DNA of 59,819 bases, the filler included, from Jimgerdemannia flammicorona (Eukaryota): NCBI GenBank assembly GCA_003990765.1. It is 2 parts of 2 records of this genome, joined end to end, with 100 filler letters (N's around TTAATTAATTAA, not from the genome) between each part and the next. Parts side by side here need not be neighbours in the genome. Positions count along the whole stretch, not along the records: positions 29,965 to 59,819 come from RBNJ01000467.1; 1 more part is not named here. The stretch is one strand, 5' to 3'. Below, piece by piece: positions 38,511 through 50,741 of this stretch. The translations under genes and the position numbers were made by a program. Position 1 is the first letter of the stretch. Each line of letters starts with the position of its first letter. The notes beneath the pieces were generated by a model. It saw nothing but the letters and a program-made list of their open reading frames with translations. It was not told the origin of the DNA and made no database searches.

Positions 38511-38888
38511 GCATTTTCATATTTCATTAATACAAAGTTCTTAAAATGTTTTATTTCAATTATGAATGTACCCATCACGATAGACCGAACGGACTCATTC
38601 GACCAAGAGCCGCCAGTGAGTAAGGAGGGAGAGTGTTGATCTAGTTCGCGCCTAAAAGGGGCCGTCCACGGAACCTTGCGATTCGAAAACGACCCCAGAG
38701 TGTGGCGAACATGGGTTATGCCGATTTTCGACGATCGAGAAAAAGGCGACCCGTCGACTGATGCATCGAAACACGCAAAACCCAACTCCATCCACCCCCC
38801 TTTTTTTGGCCCCCTTTTTTTCCTATGCGCATTAGTTTTTATTTATTTTACAAGAATGGCCGAGCGACGCGTCAAAGGAGTGACAGGG

Positions 38889-39713
38889 TTAGTGCTCATA
38901 GATGAGCTGGTGGGTGGAGTGCGCACGATTGTATGCCTTGACGCCACGAGGGAACCACTATTATTTTGATGATGAGAAAAGGTCGAATACATGAGCATGT
39001 ACGAAACCGTTTCTGATCCAGGTTTATCTTTTCCAGGAATCTCAAAGCATGAGCGTGATGCGCATAAAACAAAGGGTTCCATCGCCATCCCAAGCGCGAA
39101 TGTGACGTGTTTCGAAATTAAACAGAGCAAAATACTCACCAATGCGATTTCCTTCTCGGCGGACTCGACAGCATCGGAGCCGTGGCAGATGTTGCGTCCG
39201 ACCTCGATGGCGAAGTCACCACGGATGGTACCGGGGGCCGAGGTGAGGGGGTTGGTCTCGCCAAGGATACGGCGGCCGGTCTTAACGGCATCTTTGCCGG
39301 CCCAGACCATGCCGACGACGGGGCCAGAGAGCATCTACGGATGGAATGGGGGGTCAGGTTAGAATATCAACCATTAACATTTAGATATCAGGCAACGTTT
39401 GTTGAAAAGGACGCGACAGAATGGGTACTCACATAGGTGACCATGCCGTGGAAGAAATCCCTGTGCTTGTGTTCCGAGTAGTGCTCCTCAAAGAGTTCCT
39501 TGGTGGGGTGGAGGAGCTCGAGTGCCAACAGCTGGTAACCTTTCTGCTCAAAGCGTTTGATAATTTCACCGACCAAACCGCGTTCAACGCCTATTTCACA
39601 AAAATTCCCACACCACGCGTCTTAAAAAGAGACTCTTGAACTTGCGATTTGAGCCATGCCTATACATAACACATACCATCAGGCTTGACCATAATGTAAG
39701 TGCGCTCCGACAT
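38889..39713 (-). CDS. ndk1: Nucleoside diphosphate kinase (exons 39713-39677, 39590-39433, 39334-39140, 38957-38889)
   Basis: [30 protein letters not shown]...SGPVVGMVW...[26 protein letters not shown]...EKEIALWF...IYE; canonical GT-AG introns. Confidence 0.96.
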
Positions 39714-40618
39714 GCTTGAGAGTTGATACTGTAAAGGTTGTTTGGGAGAGTGTAGAGTTATGAAGTGTAAAGAACACTTGAAAACAAAAAATTTGCGGGT
39801 TAAATAATTGCGAAAAATTGTTTTTCATCCCACGCTTGTGACCAATCAGCACCGATTTATATACAGTCAGCTTGCGACATGGCGTACATGATAGGCCGTC
39901 GTGAAACGTGACTGCATGGCAGATAATAGAAAGAACTGCTCTTGGCTATTGATGGCCAATGTACACTTGCCGAGCATTGCTCTTTGTCCTCTTTGTCCTG
40001 CCTTATGTTGCTCCTTTTTTTCTTGGCTTACTTTCCCTCTACCGTTTGTAAGGCATTGCGCCTTTTCATTTCGCTTCGCATTGTTCCTTTCCATCTTGCC
40101 TTGTCCATAAAAATCATCTCCCGAATGATTCTTCTTATGTCCATCAAGCATACTTGTCGCTGGCACAGCGCGTCCATCCATCTCTACAATGCCAATCCAT
40201 CCGAGCCTCCGTGCCACAAGAATCTGAACACACAGAAACAATGGACATTCATTTGGGTCTACGAGAAGGACGTGATTGCTTCCTGCGAAAACCGAGCAGG
40301 AGGCCTCAACGTCTGCTCTCTAAATCCTGGCGTCCACTGTAGACCCAAGATATATATTAATAGCGTCTATGGGATCATTCTCCGGGCTTTACTCCCTAGG
40401 AACACCAGTTGGACATAGATAGGCAGTGTTGGCTAGTAATGGCCAATCCTGTCTATTTGAGTTCGACTCAAGCCATCCGTGGCTTTCAACCGTACGATGA
40501 TATGACGTAGGAACGGTTTCCCCAGATCTTGTGAGGTAATCAGTATTGCTGTTGCCGACCACAACCCACCATCCCACAAAAAAAAAAAAAAAAAAAAAAA
40601 AGAGAACCAGCTACGCCT

Positions 40619-41294
40619 TTACAGAGTGGGCAGTAGCTCGATGGCCTTCTTGATGTAGCCGTCGACGTCGAGGTGGGAGTTGAACACGTCACGAACGGTG
40701 CCGTCGCGGGCGATGATGAAGGTGACGCGGCCAGGGAGGAGGCCGAGGGTCTTTGGTACCTGGTAGGCCTTACGGAGCTCGCTTTTGTCGTCCGAAAGCA
40801 GGGTGAAATTGAGGCGCGAAGCGCTTGTGGGACTCGACACTCGCCGATCACGGTCGCGCCGTGCTTTTGGAAGACCTATGAAGTGAGAGGTGAGTATTTT
40901 CGCTGTGGGGTAGTGAGGTGTGGGAGGAGAAAGTGGGAGGACTTACGTCGTATTGGTCACGAAAGCGCAGACCTGGTGGGATTACGAGGGGAGATAGTAG
41001 TAGTTGGTTGATGAGAATTGTGTATGACATAGAACAGAGATCGACGCGCAATAGTCTCCCTATAACGTGCACAGTAACGAGACACGTCGTCCCAGATACA
41101 ACCTTTGCGCTGAGGCCACGTGCCCTTCAAAAAACACTTACCTCACGTGTGTAGTTAGGGCTCTCGTCCCTGGGATAGAAAAAAAGCACGACAGGCTGCT
41201 GGCCGATCACCTCCGCGAGGTTCACGTCCTCGTTCCTTTGGTTCTTGCCGACGAAGTCAGTGGGGCCGGGCTGACCGATCAGAGCATGAGACAT
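40619..41294 (-). pseudogene. Peroxiredoxin Q/BCP (AhpC/TSA) gene with inactivating lesions (exons 41294-41142, 40972-40947, 40875-40619)
   Basis: VVLFFYPRDESPNYTRE has Tyr at the peroxidatic Cys position. Exon 2 is 26 nt (1-bp deletion in CAFRDQYD). Further frame changes around SVESHKRFA / LNFTLLSD. C-terminal LPGRVTFII is intact. Confidence 0.8.
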
Positions 41295-41942
41295 GTTGTT
41301 TGTAGCGTGAAAAGTAGTGCTGAGCGGTCGAGCGGTGAACTGGCGAGAAAGGTGGTGGCTGGGGGAGGCGGCGATGATGATCCCTTGTCGCGGGGGGGAT
41401 GGTATTTATTATAAGCTTCTGACTGGCGCACAAGAAGCCTCGCGTGATTCGGACGAGCACCCGCATGATTCGACCGAACAGGGAGGAAGAGATATCCATC
41501 CCCATCGGACCTGTCGGCGGCAGGTTACCTGGGTCGGCGATCTATGGCAGTTGACTTCCCCACAATTGCACATGTGCGAATTTCTGGGAATCTTTCACGA
41601 GTCAGTCTTGGTAATAGAAATAGAAATATGACCCTTGGGAGGGGAGGACATGGAGAGAGAATCACCCGTGGTTTCTGGGTGGCGAAATTACCCCTTTGTT
41701 GTAGCGCGTCCTCGGTAAGAGTTGTCAATGGTGTGAAGATGAAGGTGAAGGTGCGCATTCTCGGCAAGAAGCATGAATGAGATACAAGGGGCAAAGAAAT
41801 GTGTGCAAGAATGAGATACAGTGAGTGCAAGAATCGTGGGTAGGAAAGAAGTGTGTGGGGCAAAGAGCAGTCCCCCACAATTGGCGTCCATGTGACTACT
41901 GATCTGCGCCCCCCATTCCATAACCCATTATCATAACCAAAC

Positions 41943-43297
41943 ATGCTGCAAGAGCACAACAATATCTACGAGGATCCCCTGAATGGCGAGTTATTCGATG
42001 CGCCTGAGTTCGGTATTGAAGACGGCGATGACGTGCTCTCCACCCCGCCCAGAGGGATCCCACCGAGGCGCCGCATCTCCACATCGAAGGACATTGCGGA
42101 CGAGCTGAGGGACGTGCTGGGAGACGGATATGACGACGACGCCGAGGAACTACCGCCGGTGAGTTTTGAGCGGTGTTCCATATTGGGAGTACATGGAGGG
42201 CAAGCGGTTTATCGGGCAAAAATGAAGGGAGGGCTGGATGCGAAACTCGTCCTTGTACGAGACCATTCATGCCGACCTTCCAACCCGTCCATCACCTCCC
42301 CAAACACTAGCAAACCGAAGCTTCCGTCCAATCTCGTGCAAGTTCCTCCGGCAAAACGACGTCTGCGAGCACTGCTGAGCAGAAATCCGAGCTTCTCAAT
42401 TTTATCCGCCAGAAGGAAACGCTTGTAGAGTCGCTGCGGGAGCAGCTGCGTGAGCAAGAAGAAGAGCTCCAGCTGCTGAAGCGCAACTGGAACCGCATCC
42501 TACAGGAGGAGAAGGTCACTGCGGGGGGAACGCCGGAGCCGGAACCTGAGAAATCCGTGAGTGCCAAGCGGTCCACTGCCACGTCGCCGTCGCTGCCGCC
42601 CACGGAGGAGGTTCTCGCGAACGCGGGGAAGACAGTCGTCGAAAATTTGGGGAGGGGGTTCGCGCAACTGCTGTATGGGACGCAGAAGATTTTGGAGAGT
42701 GACACGTGAGTTGGGCCGATGGGCTACATGGGGGAAATGGGGAGGGAGGGGGTTGTATTCGGATGGCATGGAGGCCTAAATACATATACGCGTCCTTATG
42801 CCCATCATCCCATCAGGTTCCTGCAGACGAAAGCAAAGGCTGTCGAACTCAGCAAGGAGGCCATCGTGAACGTGCGTGGCGGTATTGTCGCCGTCGCTGA
42901 AAGCGAAACGTAAGCGTTCACTGTTTTCTGTACTCCCCTCTCGTGCAGTACGTAACGTATCCGTTATCTCGCAAAACTACAGCTTCCAACAAACCCGCAG
43001 TAAAGCCCTCGAGATTAGTAAGGACACAATGGTGAATGTGCGGGATGGATTTACGGCCGTTACGGAAAGCGAAACGTAAGCATGCCATATATATGGAATG
43101 ATTTTTGTTATTAAGAGAAAAGCACTAGATTTCGCCGAAGAGGTGTCCTCAGATCCTATTATTCTTGCACATACAGATTTCTACTCGGAAAACAGCGCAC
43201 CCTAGCGGCGATCGAAACCGCTGTGCACACGGCCGAGGCGATGGCTGTAGGGAACAACCACAACAACGTCGGCGGGGTCGGGTCGACAAGACCGTGA
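41943..43297 (+). CDS. Coiled-coil protein, possibly TDA11/DUF4048-like (exons 41943-42158, 42311-42705, 42817-42909, 42983-43075, 43177-43297)
   Basis: Phase-consistent GT-AG introns. ELLNFIRQKETLVESLREQLREQEEELQLLKRNW resembles the fungal 'A.KER.VLELREEL...E.EL..LK.QW' helix. Start codon and family are tentative. Confidence 0.7.
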
Positions 43298-44789
43298 TGC
43301 AGCGACACAGACTTGGTGGGGAATGCCATTTGGGGCGTACATTTTATAGGAAGTGGGGAGAGTGTTATTGGCTGGTTGCTGGCTGCGCTGGGTTGGCAAG
43401 TGAGATACGTAGATGTTGTGTATTGCTTTCTGGAATATTTTCTTTACCGAAAGTGATGTCACGCATGTCAATTCATCATGTTAAGGCTGCAGTCAAAATT
43501 TGAGTCAGAAGGTTAGCATTTTGGTGATAAAAATGACTTTGTGATTGATTTAAACATGATGTTTACATTTTAGATTGATGTAACAGTTCTGAGCTGTGCA
43601 TTCCAAGCAAAGATATCTGGTATCTCATTTCTATTTGTTGTCATATGCAAAGCAATGAGGTGGATGTTTTTGGTAGCATTGATATCTTTATTATAGACTG
43701 TGGTATATTCTTTACATTTGAGTATAATATACAGAAAGTTACCCTCAGTATAGATATGTTCTAAAATCATGGTTTGGCACTTGGAGTATACTTTGAAAGA
43801 TCAAAATTCAGAGACATTGATGAGTATCAGATTTGTATTATTAGAGAGTATAAAATAACTCTTGTAAGATATCAGTTATCTTCTCTTTTATTGTAGATAA
43901 GAATGTATTTTCTTCAAATAATATATTTTGGTTCATTATAAGATTCTATATGCTTCTATTTATATATAAAGTAGGAGGATCAGAAAGATTGAGATCTAGA
44001 GGATTAAGGGAGAAGGGGGGGGGGGGGGGTTTAGGAGAATAGCAAGAAATATAGTTGCTATATTTTTTGCTATCAGTTATAAATCATCTGTAGAGTTCAG
44101 AGAAGACTTTTTGCTATTCTCAATAATATCAGAACAGTAGCTTCCTTTACTTATTATTATAAAATTATACTAGCTTTCTATAACTATTTTAAAAATTACA
44201 ATATTTACTATCTTTGCTAAAGACATATAATCTAAGATAATTTATATACAGCTTTGAGTTCTCTATCCTCTATATCTTCTATAGCTTCTTAGTATAATTC
44301 CAGTTAGTAATATGATAAAATTTCCTAATTGATGTTCTTTATATCTTATATACTTCTCTTTTTTTTTTTTTTAACAGACTCAAGTCCCACAGATTTTTAT
44401 TGGAAGAGAACTTAGATTATATAGACCAAAACCCTCCCCCACTACCTACCAAATAATATCCTCTCATTAACCTAGACTACTAAACTGTCCAGTAGTCTCA
44501 CTGCTCTAGCTATACCTATCAAACACTGGCTATGTTGATCCCCATGATATAGACTAGACTTGTCTGCTCACCAGGGCTGGATTATCATTTATACATAAGA
44601 GCACACCTATGTATCAGATCTAGCAGTACTAGGACTAAATAAAGAATAGTCCCCTGAACTCCAAAAGAAAACCTGAGGCAAAAGAAAAACCCTCCAACCA
44701 ACCAATAGAGAGCAAAGTGAATTCAAAGTGGGTGAGTAAAGGACTTATATGTAGAACCTTCTATAAAGGACTTATATATGGGTAGTGCT

Positions 44790-45220
44790 CCGAATAAGTC
44801 AATTTAAATCAAATCCGGATTTGATTCATCACATGATGGTTTGATTTGAATCTCAAATTCGAAGCCATCCGAATCAACTCAGATTTAATCCAAATCACCC
44901 CATCCGAATCACCCCATCCGAATCACCCATCCGAACCACTCTAATCCGAATTACTCAATCCGAATCACTCAATCTGAATCACCCCATCTGAATCACCCCA
45001 TCCGAATCACCCATCTGAATCACCCATCCAAACCACCCCAATCTGAATCACTCAATTCGAATCACTCAATCTGAATCACTCAATCCGAATCACTCAATTC
45101 AAATCCTCCAATTCAAATCCTCCAATTCAAATCCTCCAATTCAAATCCTCTAATTTGAATCCTTCAATCTGAATCCTCATCTGAATCCTTCAACTGAATC
45201 CTCTAATCCAAATCCTCTAC
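44790..45220. repeat. Subterminal tandem array (CCGAATCACCCCA / TCAAATCCTCCAA), putative transposase-binding sites; mirrored at ~50945-51090
   Basis: Many 12-13 bp units directly visible. Confidence 0.85.
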
Positions 45221-45306
45221 ATGACTCATATGCCGGACGTGTCCACAACACAACACATACATATGCATATGCATATACACACACACATATATATGTATAC
45301 ACAAAC

Positions 45307-47905
45307 ATGCAAACATACATGTTGATAGATCAGTCTTCAACAGTTCACAGTATCAATGATGCTTCAAGTCAAACATCCCTGATAGTTCCACACCTTCCAT
45401 GCAATCCTTGCTCTGAAATCTGACAACATTGTGCTAAGATAGAAGATGATGTTGTTTGTAATTATTGCAGGTAAAAAATTAAGATGTACCTATTGACACT
45501 TTGTTTGACACACATATGATATTGTTTTGATACACACATAATATTGTTTTATCCACCCCCATGAACTGTACTAGCCAGAAGTTCAAAATGCTTGGGGGTA
45601 CGACTTTAAACATGAATCGATATATAAAAGACAAGTACTCTGACAAAATCAAAAAGAACATGGAGACAAATAAAATCGATATCCAAGCTATAGTGGGTAT
45701 ATTTATCTGATTGCCTGACCATTTCTGTACCAATAATGCCATTTAATCAAAAATATTTAGCCATACTCTTTGGCAGAATTTCGAAATTGGCTCATTCGCT
45801 GGATTGTATGCACAGACCAGCTATTCACAACCATCGAGAGTGATCAATTGCATAGTATCTTTGGCCTCCTCAAGCATGATTTATATTTGCCAAGTGTCAA
45901 TACTATTCACAAAGATATTCTGGAGGCCTATAGGAAGGAGCATGATAATCTCTGCCAGATACTTCAGGTAAAATAAGAGCAGCACTATGACCTTTACAAG
46001 CTGAATTATATAAAAGAGCTCACCAATTTAACCTCACATTCAATAAGCAGAATTCGGCAGGCAAAATTTCATTTACGATCGACACATGGATATCCCCCAA
46101 TGCAATTTCGTTTCTGGGCATTACCAGTCATTGGATTGACCTCGATTGGCAGCTTAAATCTCTTACCCTTGACTTTGTCAAACTTGCTGGCCCTCATTCT
46201 GGAGACAACATCGCAGATACTTTTATTAGTTGTATCCAGGAGCTTGGGATCACCACCAAGGTAAAAAAGGGGGGCTTGCCATCAGGTCGGTGTTTTGAGG
46301 GAGGTCCTAAACCAAACCAGATTTTATTGATTACTTATTTTCACATAAAATTGTCAACCAAATATTTCAAGTACAGATTTTGGCCATTACGATGGATAAT
46401 GCCACAAACAACTCAACATTTTTCCAAGGTTTAGTGGCCAGCCTCAAACAGGAAAATGTGGCCTTCAGTGCAGAAAGCTGACATATGCGATGTCAGGCCC
46501 ACATACTGAACCTTGCTGTTCAGGACTATCTTACACATATAGAAAAAACATCCGAGAGAGAAGGGGCCCTGAGTATAATTTCCAAGCTGCGCAAACTGGT
46601 TGTATCAGTCTGATCATCTCCACAATGACGAGACAAATTCGCTGTGCAGTGTAGGGCAATCAGTTTAGCTCCAAAAGAGCTTATATTGGATGTCTATATG
46701 TGTTGGAACTCAACATTTGCAATGATCCAGCATGCGCTAGAGTTTGCTATAGTATGCATCCTTTTTTTCTTTGGTCGGCTGAAGCAACTGTTTTGGATGA
46801 TAGAAGATTTATTTATTTAAAAAAAAAAAAAAAAGCCAATAGATTCAACGATGGCTGCCAATAAGGAAATATGGGCTGAGGCTCTAGGTGAAAGCGAGTG
46901 GGATGTACTTAGGAATGTTGTCAGAGTTTTGGAAGTAAGTGGTAGTTGCTCTGACTCCACACTTATTTTGTCTGCCTCTGCACAATACAATACCTCACCA
47001 CATATGTATAACTGCTAGTGTTTTGATGATTGTATGAAGGATATAGTCAAACAAACGACCCTGACAATAAGCTCTATGATACTGGTATATAACCTTCTGA
47101 TTGACCAGCTAGAGGACAAGCTCGAGGACAGGCTGGAGGGTTGCGGTGATTTATGGTTAAGCCTGGATCAGAGAGATGCTGTGGAGGTTGCTCTAAGCAA
47201 GCTTAGAAAATACTACTCCCAAACAGATACCACTGTATACTCAATCAGTACAGATATGTTGATGTCGGTGTGTGGCCATTGCCCCTTCCAAAATAGAGGA
47301 AACCCTGCAAAAACTCACTCTTCTTTTCTTCGACCAGTGCTGGACCTATGCTTAAAGCTACAATACCATAAAGATCAGGGCTGAGAGCAGCACTTCATTG
47401 AGAGAACTAAGCAGGCCATAATTGAAGTGTACTGGAAAAACTACACACCACCACAAGGTTCCAGCCAAAGTCCGGACAAATATGCTGAGGGATCTCTCCT
47501 GTCTCACATTTACTTCAGCAGAAAGAGGAAGAGGGAGCCATCAGTGAAAGAGCTGCCATCAATAGATGAACTTACCATTTACCTTGCCAGCGACTGCATG
47601 GTCCTGCTGGAGGGCATGGAGGTACTCAACTGGTAGAAGGTGGATTGTCAGGCAGGTGTTGGGCCAATTTAACCTACCAATCTAACCACCACTCTACCCA
47701 CCGGGGCATGCAGCTACATCAAACAGACTTCCCCAGCCTGTGTGGTATGGCTCGGGACTACCTGGCAATTCCTGCCTCCAGTGCTCCTGTTGAGTGGGTG
47801 TTCTCAGGTGGGGTAGACCTCATTGTCCCAAAGAGGTATGTACTGAATGCTGAGACAATCTGGGTATGTATGTGTCTGAAGTCTTGGTGGGGCTCGGGCT
47901 GCTAA
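45307..47905 (+). pseudogene. Intron-containing hAT transposase (zf-BED, DDE, hATC dimerisation domain) with a few stops
   Basis: VCNYC...GTT; FRNWLIRWIV..DQ.FTTIE; KISFTIDTWISPN..FLGITSHWID; HSGDNIA; ITMDNATNN; RCQAHILNLAVQD; LDV..CWNST; FPSL..MARDYLAIPASSAPVEWVFSGG. Confidence 0.92.
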
Positions 47906-48009
47906 AATTTGATGGGTCCATGGATAAGTTGATTGGTCTTGTGGAATATTTAATACCTTTCATAATAAAAAGGAAAAAAAACCTAAGGACTTGGCCCAGA
48001 GTTTGTAGC

Positions 48010-48595
48010 CAAAGTGGGGTGGGGTTGGCGGCAGAGGGAGCATGCAATATTTGCGGCCCTCAGCCAGCAGCGAGGGGCAGCTCTAAGCTGCCAGTGCCCG
48101 GGTTGGCAGGTGGATCAGTGAGTGGGTTGGTGGGTCAGTGGGCAGTGGGTGGGTTAGCGGAGGGAGCGCACAAAATTTGCGGCCCTCCACTGGCAGCAAG
48201 GGGTAGCCCCAAGCTGCAAGTGTCCGGGTCAGAGGGGTAGGCGGAGGGAGCATGTAAAATTTGTGGCCCTCCACCAGTAGCAAGGGGCAGTCCCAAGCTG
48301 TTAGTGTCTGGGTCAGTGGGCAGAGTTGGCTGGCGGGCATGGGGTCAGCAGAGGGAGCATGCAAAAATTTGCAACCCTCTGCCGGTAGTAAGGGGCTGCC
48401 CCAAGCCGCAAGTGTCTGGGACGGGTGGGGCAGACAGAGGGAGCATGCAAAATTTGCAGCTCTCCGCTAGCAGTATAGGGGCAGCCCCAAGCCGCCAAGG
48501 AGTCTGGGGTGGAGGGTGCTTCTGGTAGTCGGAGGGTGCTTCTGGTGGTCGGAGGGTGCTTCTGGCAGTCAGAGGGTGTTTCTGGCAGTCGAAGT
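48010..48595. repeat. GC-rich repeat block inside the hAT: ~5 copies of a ~90-115 bp unit (GGCAGAGGGAGCATGCAAAATTTGCGGCCCTC...GGGGCAGCCCCAAG) plus ~4 copies of a 20-bp unit
   Basis: Units directly visible between the convergent transposase and cargo genes. Confidence 0.8.
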
Positions 48596-48809
48596 TACCG
48601 GTTTAGGTCCCACGGGCACCCCGGCCATGCACCGTAGCACCGCACCAGCAGCACTACAGAGCAGGGCTGAGGGGCCAGTAGGGCCCTGCATAATGGCTAA
48701 GCTAGTGCTATATAAGAGGTACCCAGCCACATAAGACTGCCCAACCCACACAAAATAGCTGCCTAACCCTCATGAAAGATTGCCTAACCCTCACAAAAAC
48801 TGCTCTACC

Positions 48810-50741
48810 TGCTGGTCCCAGGCCTTGATGAGCCTGTCGTCTATTGTGAGTGCGACAACTGTTGTGTCTGAGCTCTCCTCGAAGGCGATGGTGCCATGGT
48901 AGTCATGTGGTTGGAATAGGATGGCCGTGTTGGCTGCAAATGGGACCCCAAAACCATAGGTGAGGTTGTACTAGACTCTGCCACTATCCTCCCAGGTTGG
49001 GCCCTTCCTTTCCAGGACATAAAACATTACTAGGGTAATATTGTTGTCTGTGTGTGTGGGCAGAGAAAGATTGCACCCGACATATCCTGATGTGATGTGA
49101 GCATACAGTTGGGTGAACCCTTGGCCCAGGACCTCATACTGCCAGGCTGTGCTGGTGGATGTCTGCCCTTGGTCCAGCCCTGAGAGCCCCAGCTTGGAAA
49201 CCTACCAAAACGGATGGCAACTGGTCAGTCCTTTTTGCATTCAAGGGGGCAGAAATCTCTCAGGCCACAGAAACCCCCCAGGCTGCAGCACCCCAAAAAA
49301 GTGGAGCTCCTTACCTCATACGGCATGCTAAATTACACCAAGAATGTATGTACAGCTGTGCCGAGATCACCACCAAGCTGGCCTACTATATGCTCTACCA
49401 ATCTGCTCAAAGAACCCCAGATCATAGCCGCCATTGCCGCACAGGCCATGTCGTGCTCATGTGCAGTTTGCTCTTCAACAGTACTTCTAAAGTTCCAGTA
49501 GGGGTACAGAATCTTGTGCATCCCTGGAATTGTATCAAAAAGAGTATGTCAGCGAAGAGTGTGATTTATCTGGGAAGGGGTTAAAAAAAAAAAGGGAGAC
49601 AAGTGCAGGGGATTTCAAAACTCTGGAACCCACCCTTTGCCAGTGTTGTAGTATACCCAATTCTCATCCAAACCTCCCCTCCTTGCTTTTTTCGCCCCCT
49701 CTTTCCTGCTACCCAGTATTTGATACAATCCTCGCAAATCTCGTTAATGTGGTGGCGAAGCTCGTCGCTGTAGAGGTTCCTTACCACCATTGCAACCACC
49801 TCTCCATGTTCGTTAATAAAGATATGGTTCTCTTCATCATTGGTTACTCCTGCTGGCCAATGAACCCCTTGGTTGAGTATGATTGGCTCTGATTCGAATG
49901 TAGACCCCCAAGCCTTAATGACGATGCTGGTACTACTCATACTGAACATCTTGCCCTCGAATTTCTCTATTTGATCAGATGCTGGACATGGTTGAACTCA
50001 GGTAACTTTGAACTCTCCTTTCTAATGGAACTGAGTCCTGATCTGAGGGACTGAGATAAGTATACAGATGGGTTGCATGTGGGTTGCATGCAGGTGTGGG
50101 TATTTTTTAGGGAGAGACTACATAAAAATGAAATTAAATAAAACACAGAGATGGGTATTTCAGAAAAAGAGTGTGAGTGAGTGAGCTGTATGCTGATGAG
50201 TTGCACACTGACAAGTTGCATGAGTTGCACAAGAATTGCTCACAAAGGCTTGCTTCTGTTCCTTTTGAGACCTCTGCCACATGATGCATTAACTCAACAG
50301 CTCAGTCACCAAAGGCATGCCCCACAACATCTGCCAGCCTTTCTTCATCTTGACCAGATGTTGCGAATAAAGTCGGTAGATCTCGCCATAGAGTTGTAGA
50401 CCCTAAGAAAAGCATGAGATGAATTGAGTCGTGCTGGGGAAGTTTAAATTAATATAAGTAAACAAGTGGCGGCTGAGTGAGCAACCTACATCTACTATCA
50501 GCTGCTCCAAAAAGGCTGCAGCATACATAGCTGTGAGGTCTGTGAATTCTGAGGTCCGAAGGGCCACTGTGAGTTGTTGCCAGAATTCTCCCTCATCTCC
50601 GCCATCGCCATCGCCACCGCCACCACCATCGCCCCTTTGGCTCTCAATGAGCAGCTTGTATACTGTCCATATGAGAAAGAATCTAATATTGTCAGCAGAG
50701 AGTACATTTCCATCTTGAATACTCCCTCTTTTGATGATCAT
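48810..50741 (-). pseudogene. Multi-exon TET/JBP-like 2OG-Fe(II) dioxygenase carried inside the hAT
   Basis: The exon starting at 49201 reads VSKLGLSGLDQG...WQYEVLGQGFTQLYAHITSGYVGCNLSLPTHTDNNITLVMFYVL...SGRV*YNLTYGFGVPFAANTAILFQPHDYHGTIAF...VVALTIDDRLIKAW. HxD at 49054-49046 and distal His (HGT) at 48898-48896 are in the same frame. One TGG>TAG stop at 48971-48973. Upstream exons overlap ORFs 49333-49521, 49581-49949 and 50403-50741. Confidence 0.75.

Noticed and set aside
38843..39334. 163-aa ORF as an NDK with a novel C-terminal extension
   Set aside because: Read-through into an intron. The donor at 39139 and acceptor at 38958 restore the canonical WF...IYE end.
44790..45220. Regular short repeats as a CRISPR array or telomere
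   Set aside because: No unique spacers. The units are degenerate 12-13-mers just inside a hAT TIR and are mirrored at the other end.
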